From assembly GCA_963785725.1 (NCBI GenBank), contig CAWAWS010000005.1, forward strand, positions 1-64,000: 64,000 bases of DNA, written 5' to 3'. A program made the position numbers and the translations under genes. Each line of letters opens with the position of its first letter. Position 1 is the first letter of the stretch. Of this stretch, positions 39,099 to 48,367 are shown piece after piece. The DNA comes from an uncultured delta proteobacterium (GTDB lineage: Bacteria > Myxococcota_A > Polyangia > Palsa-1104). The notes beneath the pieces were generated by a model. The model searched no databases, had not been told where the DNA came from, and was given only the letters and a program-made list of their open reading frames with translations.

Positions 39099-40372
39099 TG
39101 CGCCTCGTCGACGCCGAGGAAGCGATCGCGCTCGCGGTGTCCTCGGGCCGGCAGCTGTTCGTGCAAGGTGGCGCCGCGACGCCGTCGCTGCTGCTGGCGG
39201 CGCTGGCGGCTCGCGGGCCGACGCTCGACGGCGTCGGGGTCGTGCATCTGCACTGCGAAGGCGCCGCGCCCCATCTCGCACCCGAGCTGGCCGGCCACCT
39301 GCGCCATCGCGCGCTCTTCGTCGGCGCCAATGCACGCGCGGCGGTCGCCGAAGGACGCGCGGACTACATTCCCGTCTTCCTCTCCGACATTCCGCGGCTG
39401 TTCGCGCGGCGCCAGCTGCGCATCGACGTCGCGCTCGTCAACGTCTCGCCGCCCGACGCGCACGGCTACTGCACGCTCGGCCCGTCGGTCGACGTCACGA
39501 TGGCGGCCATCGAAGCCGCCGACGTCGTCGTCGCGCAGATCAACAGCGGTCTGCCGCGCGTCCTCGGCGACGGCATTCTCCACGTCGACGACATCGACTT
39601 CGGCGTCGCCTGCGCCATACCACCCTACGTTAGTGCCGTGCACGAGGTTGGCGACGTCGAGCGCCGCATCGGTCAGCACGTGGCCGAGCTCGTGCCCGAC
39701 GGCGCGACGCTGCAGCTCGGGATCGGCGGGCTGCCGGGCGCGATCTGCGCTGCGCTCGCGGACAAGCGCCACCTCGGCATCCACAGCGAGCTGTTCTCCG
39801 ACGGCGTCGTCGACCTGGTGGAGCGCGGCGTCGTCGACGGCGCCGCCAAGGAGCTCGATCGCGGCAAGATCGTCGCCGCCTTCGTCGTCGGCAGTCCGCG
39901 CGTCTATCGCTTCATCGACGACAACCCGATGGTCGAGCTGCGGCGCGCTGACTACACCAACGATCCGGGCGTCATTCGCCGGTTCCGCAAGATGGTCGCC
40001 GTCAACAGCGCCATCGAGGTCGACTTGACGGGCCAGGTGTGCGCCGACTCGATCGGCGCGCGCATCTACAGCGGCGTCGGCGGCCAAGTCGACTTCTTGC
40101 GCGGGGCGGCGCTGGCCGACGAAGGCCGCGCCATCGTCGCGCTGCCCGCCTGCGCCGCCGGCGGACGCCTCTCGCGCATCGCGGCCGAGCTGCAGCCGGC
40201 CGCCGGCGTCGTCACGACGCGCGCGCACGTCCATACCGTCGTGACCGAATACGGGGTCGCCGAGCTGCACGGCCGGGCCATCGGCGAGCGCGCGCGGTCG
40301 CTCATCGCCATCGCGGCGCCGCAGTTCCGGGAGGCGCTCACGGCCGAGGCCCGGCGGCGTCACTACCTCTGA
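39098..40372 (+). CDS. Acetyl-CoA hydrolase/4-hydroxybutyrate CoA-transferase family
   Basis: GRADYIP, DGATLQLGIG, HLGIHSE, VDLTGQV, SGVGGQVDF, VVTEYG. Confidence 0.93.
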   Translation: MRLVDAEEAIALAVSSGRQLFVQGGAATPSLLLAALAARGPTLDGVGVVHLHCEGAAPHLAPELAGHLRHRALFVGANARAAVAEGRADYIPVFLSDIPRLFARRQLRIDVALVNVSPPDAHGYCTLGPSVDVTMAAIEAADVVVAQINSGLPRVLGDGILHVDDIDFGVACAIPPYVSAVHEVGDVERRIGQHVAELVPDGATLQLGIGGLPGAICAALADKRHLGIHSELFSDGVVDLVERGVVDGAAKELDRGKIVAAFVVGSPRVYRFIDDNPMVELRRADYTNDPGVIRRFRKMVAVNSAIEVDLTGQVCADSIGARIYSGVGGQVDFLRGAALADEGRAIVALPACAAGGRLSRIAAELQPAAGVVTTRAHVHTVVTEYGVAELHGRAIGERARSLIAIAAPQFREALTAEARRRHYL

Positions 40373-40412
40373 TCGAACGACGCGCGGCGCGTCGACGACC
40401 GATTCGTGACGG

Positions 40413-40512
40413 CGCAGTGTTTGCGGCCCGAATCGGGCTCACGACTCATCGACGCAAGCCTTGCGCGCGATCGGGGTCGAACCGTGCCTTTGGCGCTGGT
40501 CCGTAGGTTGCT
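40413..40512 (+). promoter_or_regulatory. Activator sites + sigma-54 promoter of the cytochrome operon
   Basis: CGCAGTGTTTGCG (40413), CGCAAGCCTTGCG (40453), TGGTCCGTAGGTTGCT (40497). Confidence 0.7.
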
Positions 40513-40524
40513 GAGGCACACCGC

Positions 40525-43020
40525 ATGCGAAGCCGCCCAATCCTCCTCGCGCTGTGTGTGGCTCTCGGCTGCGAAGGTCCGCGCGGGCCGGCGGGAGCGA
40601 CGGGTCCAGCCGGTGCCACCGGTCCGACCGGCGACGCGGGAGCGCCCGGCGCGACGGGTCCGAGCGGCGACGCCGGCACCAACGGCTGCCCCGGCCTCGA
40701 GCCGGGCGCGACCGTCGGCCTGAACGCCGTCGTCGACCTCTCGACTCCGGCCAACGGCAGCTTCTTCGTCGTCGGTGAACGCGCCAAGGTCACGATTCAC
40801 TTCACCAACGGCTGCGGGCAGACCTTGCGGCCGAGCGACCTCGGGACGGCGAGCCTGTATCTGTCGGGACCGCGGCTCGGCTCGCTGACGACGACGGCGG
40901 CCAAGCTGCTCAACTGCGTCACCGATCGCAGCGCGACCGACGGCCAGCACCACTACATCAACCTGCGCAGCCCGAGCTACGCCGATCCGTCGCAAGCCAA
41001 CTTGAGCAGCGCCGCCGACGGCACGCTGACCTACACCTTGGCGCCCGTCAGCGACGAGGCCGCCGGCACGTACACGCTCGGCGTCTGGGCCAAGAGCACC
41101 GACGACAAAGACCAGCTGTTCCCGACGCTCGACTTGCAAATCGGCAACGCCACCGCCGAAACCTTTGCCAGCGGTCCGAGCGCGACGTCGACCTGCTACT
41201 CGTGCCACCGCGGCGCGCAGTCCGGCAAGTCTTATCAGGCGCACATCATCCCCGGCTTCTCGCCCGAGGGAAACTACGCGCTCGACGCCACGCCCATCGC
41301 CACCTGCAAGCTCTGCCACAACCTCGACGGCTACAGCGCCAATCCCACCGTGCGCAAGGTCCACGGCGCACATCGCGGTGCCAACCAGCTGGCGCCCGGC
41401 GTCGCTCACCCCGAGTACGGGCTCGCCGCCGATCCGACGCTGGCCGAGCTCACCGACGTCACGTTCCCGTCGATGCCGGGCGCCGAGAACGACTGCGGCA
41501 AGTGCCACGTCGACGCGCGCTGGAAGACGGCGACGCGGCTCGCCTGCGGCACCTGCCACGACAACCTCTTCTTCGACACCGGCACGCTGACGCCGCCGCG
41601 CACGTTCGGCCCGCCTCCCGCCGGCGCGTGCACGTCGGACGCCGCCTGCGGCGTCTTCGGCGACTTCGCGACCTGCGATTTGCCGTCGGGGAGCTGCTTG
41701 CGCAAGACGCACCCGCCGCAGGCCGACGACGCCCAATGCAGCGTCTGCCACACCCCCGACCCGCCGGGGCTGGCAGCGGTCTCAGCGGTGCACGCGATCC
41801 TGCCGGTCACGGCGAACCCGGGCCTCACGCTGAGCAACGTCACGCTGAGCGGCGCCAGCGGCAGCGGCGGCGCGTTCATTGCCGGCACCGACACGCCGGT
41901 CGTGACCTTCGCGCTCGTCGACGGAACCGGGACGGCCATCGCCACGCTCAAGTCGAGCTCGGTCTTCTCGGCCACCGCCATCGTGTCCGGCCCCACCGAC
42001 GACCGGCAGCGCGTCTACGGACCGCTCACCCTGAAGTCGCAAGGCACGCTCGCCTTCGACGCCACCAAGGGTCTCTATACGTACACCTTCCCGACCGCGT
42101 TTCCGGTCGGCGCGCTCGCGCCCTACAACACGACCGCGCCCTACAGCCGCGCCAACGGGCCCGGCACGTACACGCTGTGGCTCTACGTCAATGAGACCGT
42201 GACCGCGAGCGGTCAGACCTTCCGCGCCGCGGCCAACTCAATCGTCGACTTTCCCGTCGGCACCGCCGGGCCGGTGCAGCCGCGTCAGGTCGTCGCCGAT
42301 GCCGCGTGCAACGGCTGCCACGTCAACGTGCAGGCGCACGGCGGCTCGCGACAGGGCGTCGGCAGCCAGTGCTCGAATTGCCACACCAAGGGCGCGCTCG
42401 ACTTCGGCGTCGGCTCGAAGGGGCTCGCCTGCACGACGAGCGCGCAGTGCGGCGGCAACGCCGCCGGCTGGGAAGCGTGCCAGGACACCAACGGCGACGG
42501 CACGCCCGACAGCTGCGTGGTCACCGTCGATCCCACGCCCGGTCAGACCATCGACTTCGGCGTGCTCGCGCACGACATCCACTACGCCCGCCTCCGCGAC
42601 GGCTACGCCGAGCGCAACAACCTCGTCGCACCGGGCACGCTCACCGTGCTCGGCTATCAGAACGCGCTGTCGAGCTTCGCCACGGATCTGCTTCCGCAGG
42701 ACGTGCGCAACTGCAAGACCTGCCACGCCGACGCCGGCGGCAGCTGCTCGGCGACGCAGCCGTGCGGCATCGGTCAGTCGTGCGTGAGCGGCAGCTGCGT
42801 CAACGTCGCCTGGCTGACGCCGTCGACCCGCGTCTGCACTTCGTGCCACGACGACGCCAGCACCGCCGGCCACGCCGCCATCAACACCTGGACGGACGGC
42901 AGCGGCAACGTCATCGAGACCTGCGCCACCTGCCACGGCTCGGGCGCGCAATTCGCCGTCGACGTCGTGCACCAGATCGCCTCGCCCTACGTGCCGCCCT
43001 ATCCGCGAGAGAAGCAATAG
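40525..43020 (+). CDS. MtrC/OmcA-like decaheme c-type cytochrome lipoprotein
   Basis: Lipobox ALGC, collagen-like G-x-y linker, two (beta-domain + 5 CxxCH) units, RQVVADAACNGCH..AHGGSR, IDFGVLAHDIH, PQDVRNCKTCH. Confidence 0.9.
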   Translation: MRSRPILLALCVALGCEGPRGPAGATGPAGATGPTGDAGAPGATGPSGDAGTNGCPGLEPGATVGLNAVVDLSTPANGSFFVVGERAKVTIHFTNGCGQTLRPSDLGTASLYLSGPRLGSLTTTAAKLLNCVTDRSATDGQHHYINLRSPSYADPSQANLSSAADGTLTYTLAPVSDEAAGTYTLGVWAKSTDDKDQLFPTLDLQIGNATAETFASGPSATSTCYSCHRGAQSGKSYQAHIIPGFSPEGNYALDATPIATCKLCHNLDGYSANPTVRKVHGAHRGANQLAPGVAHPEYGLAADPTLAELTDVTFPSMPGAENDCGKCHVDARWKTATRLACGTCHDNLFFDTGTLTPPRTFGPPPAGACTSDAACGVFGDFATCDLPSGSCLRKTHPPQADDAQCSVCHTPDPPGLAAVSAVHAILPVTANPGLTLSNVTLSGASGSGGAFIAGTDTPVVTFALVDGTGTAIATLKSSSVFSATAIVSGPTDDRQRVYGPLTLKSQGTLAFDATKGLYTYTFPTAFPVGALAPYNTTAPYSRANGPGTYTLWLYVNETVTASGQTFRAAANSIVDFPVGTAGPVQPRQVVADAACNGCHVNVQAHGGSRQGVGSQCSNCHTKGALDFGVGSKGLACTTSAQCGGNAAGWEACQDTNGDGTPDSCVVTVDPTPGQTIDFGVLAHDIHYARLRDGYAERNNLVAPGTLTVLGYQNALSSFATDLLPQDVRNCKTCHADAGGSCSATQPCGIGQSCVSGSCVNVAWLTPSTRVCTSCHDDASTAGHAAINTWTDGSGNVIETCATCHGSGAQFAVDVVHQIASPYVPPYPREKQ

Positions 43021-44205
43021 GTGCGGCTGCCGATGGTGCTGGTCAGCCTCCTCGCGGTCGGCTGCGGCGTGGCGCGCGCCGTCGACGGCCGCCGGTGCGC
43101 CAGCGCCGCCGACTGCGAGCAGATCCATCCCGCCGGCATCGCCGATCCGAGCAGCCCCGACTTTCACGGGCAGCTCGTGCAGTCGCTCGGCTGGAACCTC
43201 GGGCTGTGCGCGCAGTGCCACGGCGCCGACTTCAGCGGCGGCGCCTCGGGCAAGTCGTGCCTGACGTGCCATGCCCAAGGACCGACCGCCTGCACCGTCT
43301 GCCACGCACAACCGCCGGCGACGGGCGCGCACGTCGCCCACGCCGCCAAATACGACTGCACCGTCTGCCACGTCAAGCCGGCAGCGTGGAACGATCCCGG
43401 GCACCTCTTCGCCAGCGACGGCAGCGTCATCACGAGCGCGCGCATCACGTTCGGCGGGCTCGCCGTGAGCCACGGCGCGACGCCGAGCTGGGATGGCGCC
43501 AGCTGCAGCGGCACCTATTGCCACGGCAGCGCCAAGCCGGTCTGGACCGGCGGCGCCGGCCAAGCGGCCTGCGGCAGCTGCCACGCCATTCCGCCCGCCA
43601 ACCACGCCAGCAGCCGCTGCGGCGACTGCCACGTCCGCGTCGCCAACGACCAGGCGCAGATCGTCGACGACGCGCTACACGTCGACGGACAGGTCAGCCT
43701 CGGCGATGACAGCGGCACCTGCCTCGCCTGCCATCCGCAGCCGGGCGGCGCGCACGCCAGCCACACGCAGGCGCTGCACGAGCTGCGCGCCCCGCTCGGC
43801 TGCCCCGAGTGCCACGTCGTGCCCACGATGCTCACGAGCCCCGGCCACATCGATCAGCCGAGCGCGCCAGTCTTCCCCGCCGGCTGGAGCGGGCTCGGCG
43901 CCAACGACGGCGCGCAGCCGACCTGGAGCCTCGCCGCCGGTCAGTGCAGCAGCGTCTACTGCCACGGCGGCGGCAAGACGCTCGGCGCCGACGCCGCCGC
44001 GACGATCATTCGTCAGCCGACGTGGATTCCCGGCAGCGGTGCCGCCAGCTGCGGCGCCTGCCACGGCATCCCGCCCGTCGACGGCGCGCACTCGGCCTCG
44101 ATGGGGCTCGGCGACTGCGCGACGTGCCATCCGACGACGATGAACGCCGGCGGCGGGCTCATCAGCGGCGGCACCCATATGGACGGCGTCATCGATGCGC
44201 TTTAG
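43021..44205 (+). CDS. Multiheme cytochrome lipoprotein with Geobacter-type CxxxxCH...CxxCH domains
   Basis: Lipobox AVGC; 10 CxxCH plus 2 CxxxxCH (CSGTYCH, CSSVYCH), each followed by P.W...CGxCH. Confidence 0.9.
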   Translation: MRLPMVLVSLLAVGCGVARAVDGRRCASAADCEQIHPAGIADPSSPDFHGQLVQSLGWNLGLCAQCHGADFSGGASGKSCLTCHAQGPTACTVCHAQPPATGAHVAHAAKYDCTVCHVKPAAWNDPGHLFASDGSVITSARITFGGLAVSHGATPSWDGASCSGTYCHGSAKPVWTGGAGQAACGSCHAIPPANHASSRCGDCHVRVANDQAQIVDDALHVDGQVSLGDDSGTCLACHPQPGGAHASHTQALHELRAPLGCPECHVVPTMLTSPGHIDQPSAPVFPAGWSGLGANDGAQPTWSLAAGQCSSVYCHGGGKTLGADAAATIIRQPTWIPGSGAASCGACHGIPPVDGAHSASMGLGDCATCHPTTMNAGGGLISGGTHMDGVIDAL

Positions 44206-45460
44206 CGCGCGGCCGCTGTTGCTCGTGTTGCTGCTCGGCGGCGTCGCGCGCGGCGAGACGGTCGACGCCACGCTGACCACGATCCTGCAGGGCCGACAAG
44301 ATCCGCGCGACGGCAACCTTTACACGTCGGTGCCGCTGTATCAGACGATGACGCTGACGATCGACGACGTGCCGCTGCGCCATGTCGACGATCTGCGGCT
44401 CGTCCTGTCGGGCTGGGGCCAGTTCCAATTCGCGCCCAGCGGCTCGGCGCTCGCAGGCACCGGTGACGTCGACGTCGGCTTCGTCGAGGGCAAGCTGTTT
44501 CATCGCCGCCTCGAGCTGCGGCTCGGGCGGCAGCTCGTCTTCGGCGGCGCCGCCCACGCCTTGCCGCTCGACGGCGCGTCGGTCACCGCGCGCCTGCCGC
44601 GCCGACTCGCGCTCAACGTCTATGGCGGCGTGCCGGTGACGCCACGCTTCGGCGTGCACCAGGGCGACTTCGCCGCCGGCGGCCGGCTGTCGCTGCGGCC
44701 GACGGTCGACAGCGAGCTGGGCGCGTCGTTCCTCGAGATGCTCAAGGACGGCCTACAGGCGCGCCAGGATCTCGGCTTCGACGCGCGCTATCGCCCGTCG
44801 CTGCCGGCGCTGCGCTCGCTGGTGCTGACCGGCTATGCGCTGGTGAGCCTCATCGAGCTGCGGCTCATCGAGGGCGACGTCGCCGCCGTCTGGCAGGCGC
44901 GCGCGCCCTTGCAGCTCGGCGTCGACTATCGGCGCACCTCGCCCGATCTGTACCTGCCGCGCAGCTCGATCTTGTCGGTCTTCGCGCAGGAGACGCACGA
45001 CGAGGTCGGCGGCAACCTCTATTGGCGCCCGCTGTCGCGCTTGCGCATCGAGGGCGACTATCACGCCATCCTCGACGACGACGGCTTCGGGCAGCGCGGC
45101 GGCGCGCGCGTCGTCGGCACCTTGGGCGCGGCCTTCACGACGACGCTCACCGCCGAGACGCGCGTGCTGCGCCTCGCCACCGGCGACGGCTACGTGCAGG
45201 GTCGGCTCTACGCCATCCAGCGGCTGTCGACGCGGCTCGTCGGGACGCTCGATCTCGACGCCTACTCGCTCGAGAAGCCGATCAACGGCCAGACCTTCTC
45301 GTTCACCAGCGCGGCCACGCTCGGCTGGGACTTCGCGCCCGGCTGGCGCACGGTGCTGACCGCGATCGCCGACTCGACGCCGCAGGTCGAGCGCCGCTTC
45401 GAGTGCATGGCCAAGGTCGTCTACAACGCCGTCTACCACGTGCGGCGGGTGATTCAGTGA
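44195..45460 (+). CDS. Putative outer-membrane beta-barrel (porin of a porin-cytochrome conduit)
   Basis: Signal peptide, alternating amphipathic strands (LELRLGRQ..LDGASV, LNVYGG, LGVDY, LGWDF); overlaps the multiheme genes on both sides. Confidence 0.75.
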   Translation: MRFSARPLLLVLLLGGVARGETVDATLTTILQGRQDPRDGNLYTSVPLYQTMTLTIDDVPLRHVDDLRLVLSGWGQFQFAPSGSALAGTGDVDVGFVEGKLFHRRLELRLGRQLVFGGAAHALPLDGASVTARLPRRLALNVYGGVPVTPRFGVHQGDFAAGGRLSLRPTVDSELGASFLEMLKDGLQARQDLGFDARYRPSLPALRSLVLTGYALVSLIELRLIEGDVAAVWQARAPLQLGVDYRRTSPDLYLPRSSILSVFAQETHDEVGGNLYWRPLSRLRIEGDYHAILDDDGFGQRGGARVVGTLGAAFTTTLTAETRVLRLATGDGYVQGRLYAIQRLSTRLVGTLDLDAYSLEKPINGQTFSFTSAATLGWDFAPGWRTVLTAIADSTPQVERRFECMAKVVYNAVYHVRRVIQ

Positions 45461-46524
45461 GCGGCGCGCGCGGCTTTGTCCTCGTCGTCGCTTGTGCCGT
45501 CGGCGCCGCCGCCTGTGCGCCGTGGCTGACGATTCGGCTGCCGTACAAAGCCGATCACCTCAAGGTGCCGCACGGGCTGCACGCGCAAGGCAAGGTCGAG
45601 TGCATCGCCTGCCACGACGAGCTCTACGACGCCAAGAACCTCGAGCAGCGCGTGCTGCCCGCCGAGGCCAAGTGCCTCGAGTGCCACCGCGAGCAGAAGG
45701 CCAACGGCCAGTGCGGCTTCTGCCACACCGACGTGACGCGCGCCCGAGCGTGGCCGGCGCGCGAGCCGACGCTGCGCATGTCGCACGCCGAGCACATCGA
45801 TCGAGTCAAGGAGGACTGCCATGTCTGCCACAAGACGCTGCCCAATCCGCTGCGCGGCACCGACGGGACGCCGCCCATGAGCGCCTGCCTCTCGTGTCAC
45901 GAGCATCAACAGGAGTACGACGAGGGCCGCTGCTCTCGCTGCCACATCGACTTGACGCGCTATCCGCTCAAGCCCGTGTCGCTGTTCTCGCACCAAGGCA
46001 ACTTCGTGCGCGAGCACGGCCGCTCGGCGCGCGCCGCGGCCGACACGTGCGCCCAGTGCCACGAGCAGACCTTCTGCAGCGACTGCCACGCGCGCACCGT
46101 GTCGATGCCGATCGAGCAGAAGCTGCCCGAGCGCGTCGACGCCGACTTCATCCATCGCAACGACTTCATCGACCGTCATGTCGTCGAAGCGAAGGCCGAT
46201 CCGGCGTCGTGCCGGCGCTGCCACGGCTCGACCTTCTGCGACGACTGCCATCGCGCGCAGAACCTGACGCCGCAAGCGGCCAACCCGCGCGATCCGCACC
46301 CGGCCGGCTGGTCGTTCCCGGGCGCGGCGCAGTTCCACGGCACCGAGGCGCGGCGCGACATCAACCAGTGCGCCGCCTGCCACGATCAGGGCGCGCGCTC
46401 CATCTGCGTCGACTGCCATAAGGTCGGCGGCATCGGCGGCGATCCGCATCCGGCCGGCTGGTCGGCGCGCCACGGCCGTAACGAGATCGCGCGCAGCTCG
46501 ATGTGCCTCGCGTGCCACTCGTGA
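45457..46524 (+). CDS. 13-heme c-type cytochrome (c3/c7-like repeats), putative lipoprotein
   Basis: GTG start overlapping the porin stop, AAAC lipobox, 13 CxxCH in about 355 aa with HxxH distal ligands. Confidence 0.9.
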   Translation: MSGARGFVLVVACAVGAAACAPWLTIRLPYKADHLKVPHGLHAQGKVECIACHDELYDAKNLEQRVLPAEAKCLECHREQKANGQCGFCHTDVTRARAWPAREPTLRMSHAEHIDRVKEDCHVCHKTLPNPLRGTDGTPPMSACLSCHEHQQEYDEGRCSRCHIDLTRYPLKPVSLFSHQGNFVREHGRSARAAADTCAQCHEQTFCSDCHARTVSMPIEQKLPERVDADFIHRNDFIDRHVVEAKADPASCRRCHGSTFCDDCHRAQNLTPQAANPRDPHPAGWSFPGAAQFHGTEARRDINQCAACHDQGARSICVDCHKVGGIGGDPHPAGWSARHGRNEIARSSMCLACHS

Positions 46525-47129
46525 GCCTCGTCGGCCTCGGCATCGTCGCCGCGCTCTTGCTGCTCTTGCCGCTCGTCGTGCGGCCCTCGTTGACGCTGCG
46601 CAGGGTCGGGCGCGTCTTCGCTTTCGTCGCCATCGTCGTCGTGCCGGTGGCGGTGGGCTTCGGCGGCCTCAGCGAGCACATCGAGCACTCCAAGACGACC
46701 GCCTTTTGCCTCTCGTGCCACGTGATGGAGCCGTACGGACGGAGCTTTCACGTCGACGACCTGGACCATCTACGGCGCAGCACTGGCAATACAGCCGCGT
46801 GCCGCGCGAGACCGCCTGCTTTACCTGCCACACCAACTACACGCTTTACGGCGACTACAAAGCCAAGCTGCGCGGGCTGCATCACGTCTGGGTGCAGTAC
46901 CTCGGAACCATCCCGAAGACGCTCGCGCTGTACACCCCGTACGACAATCGCGAGTGCCTGCATTGCCACGACGGCGCGCGCTCGTTCGTCGAGGCGATCC
47001 CGCACAAGAGCTGAGCTCGCCGCCATCCTCGCCAACCGCAAGTCGTGCGTGGCGAGCGGCTGCCACGCCACCGTGCACGACGTCGCGCACGTCGACGCGC
47101 TCCCGAAGTGGCCCAAGGAGAATCCATGA
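46521..47129 (+). CDS. NapC/NirT (CymA/NrfH-like) membrane tetraheme quinol dehydrogenase, two frameshifts
   Basis: Two TM helices, FCLSCHVM; middle part in ORF 46706-47014 (CFTCH, KAKLRGLHHV, CLHCH); returns to the first frame for CVASGCH. Confidence 0.85.
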   Translation: MSLVGLGIVAALLLLLPLVVRPSLTLRRVGRVFAFVAIVVVPVAVGFGGLSEHIEHSKTTAFCLSCHVMEPYGRSFHVDDLDHLRRSTGNTAACRARPPALPATPTTRFTATTKPSCAGCITSGCSTSEPSRRRSRCTPRTTIASACIATTARARSSRRSRTRAELAAILANRKSCVASGCHATVHDVAHVDALPKWPKENP

Positions 47130-47407
47130 GCGACCGCGCGGGAGCGACTGCGAGCGTCCGGCCCGTTGCGCCGGCGGATCGACCGTCCGGCTCGTTGACC
47201 GCCGAAAGAGGTCATACGAGCGACGCGAAGCTGGAGCGGCGGCTACAACTGTCGGCCGCGCTGGTCATGCTCGGGCTCGTCGTCGAGCTGGTCAGCCTGC
47301 GCTGGCATCACCCGACGGCGTTCGTCCTGTTCGTGCTCGTCGGCGGCCTGGCCATGGCGGCCGGCATCTTGCTGTTCTCGTACTCAATCGTTTCCCGAGG
47401 AGGATGA
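47126..47407 (+). CDS. Small membrane protein (2 TM)
   Basis: SD AAGGAG, overlaps the NapC stop, hydrophobic hairpin. Confidence 0.7.
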   Translation: MSDRAGATASVRPVAPADRPSGSLTAERGHTSDAKLERRLQLSAALVMLGLVVELVSLRWHHPTAFVLFVLVGGLAMAAGILLFSYSIVSRGG

Positions 47408-47409
47408 CC

Positions 47410-47742
47410 ATGCGTTGGATCTTCGTGATGGCGCTCGTGCCGAGCTTGGCGTTTGCAGACGGCAACCCGCAGATCGACCGGCTGTGGCGCGCCAAGTGCG
47501 CCTCGTGCCACGGCGCCGATGGCAAGGCGCAGACCGAGCAGGGCAAGAAGATGGCGATCGGCGACTTGTCGACCGCGGCCGCGCAGGCAAAAGTCACCGA
47601 CGCGCAGATCAAGGCGGCGATCAGCGACGGCGTCAATCGCGACCAAAACGGCGTGCACCAGGAGATGGAAGGCTACAAGGCCAAGCTGAAGCCGGACCAG
47701 ATCGACGGTCTGGTCACGTACGTGCGGGCGCTCAAGAAGTAG
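47410..47742 (+). CDS. Monoheme class I cytochrome c
   Basis: Signal peptide, KCASCHGADG, distal Met (EMEGY), IDGLVTYVRAL. Confidence 0.92.
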   Translation: MRWIFVMALVPSLAFADGNPQIDRLWRAKCASCHGADGKAQTEQGKKMAIGDLSTAAAQAKVTDAQIKAAISDGVNRDQNGVHQEMEGYKAKLKPDQIDGLVTYVRALKK

Positions 47743-47755
47743 CCGCGAACGACCG

Positions 47756-47856
47756 CGCACGCCTTGCCGCCGCCGGCGGCGCCGCCGCAAATCCTGCGCG
47801 AGTCGCGCGGAGGCGACCGCGCCGTCGCGGCTGCGGCTTTCGGCACGCCTCCTGCT
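47756..47856 (+). promoter_or_regulatory. Paired activator sites + sigma-54 promoter
   Basis: CGCACGCCTTGCC (47756), CGCAAATCCTGCG (47786), CGGCACGCCTCCTGCT (47841). Confidence 0.72.
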
Positions 47857-47877
47857 CTGAGCCGAGATGGAGGCCTC

Positions 47878-48306
47878 ATGCAGATCGAGAGCGTCATGAC
47901 GCGCAACGTTCACTTCTGCCGCAAGGACGACAGCCTCGACGCTGCCGCGCGCGTGATGTGGGACGCCGATTGCGGCTGCCTTCCGGTGGTCGACCACTGC
48001 GGCGAGCTCGTCGGCGTCATCACCGATCGCGACATCTGCATGGCCGCGTATACGCGAGGCGAGCCGCTGCGTCAGCTGCGCGTCGTCGATGCGATGGCCA
48101 AGACCGTCATCATCTGCCGAGCCGAGGACTCGACGCAGCACGCCGAGCGCCTCATGCGCACGCATCGCGTGCGTCGCCTGCCGGTCGTCGGCGGCCGCGG
48201 CGAGCTCGTGGGCATGCTCTCGCGTACCGACATCGCGCGCGGTACGCATCGCGACGCAGCGCCCACCGCGGCCGCGCGAACCGGGCCTGGCGCGTCGCGA
48301 CACTGA
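47878..48306 (+). CDS. CBS-pair protein
   Basis: MWDADCGCLPVV..GVITDRDI..VRRLPVV. Confidence 0.92.
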   Translation: MQIESVMTRNVHFCRKDDSLDAAARVMWDADCGCLPVVDHCGELVGVITDRDICMAAYTRGEPLRQLRVVDAMAKTVIICRAEDSTQHAERLMRTHRVRRLPVVGGRGELVGMLSRTDIARGTHRDAAPTAAARTGPGASRH

Positions 48307-48329
48307 CGGCACGCCGCGAATGAATGGTC

Positions 48330-48345
48330 TGGAACGATTCGTGCT
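48330..48345 (+). promoter_or_regulatory. sigma-54 promoter
   Basis: TGGAACGATTCGTGCT. Confidence 0.65.
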
Positions 48346-48367
48346 CAACGAACACTCGGAGGTTCCC

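Noticed and set aside
40576..40680. Collagen-like repeat as a separate repeat element
   Set aside because: It is the G-x-y coding linker of the decaheme lipoprotein
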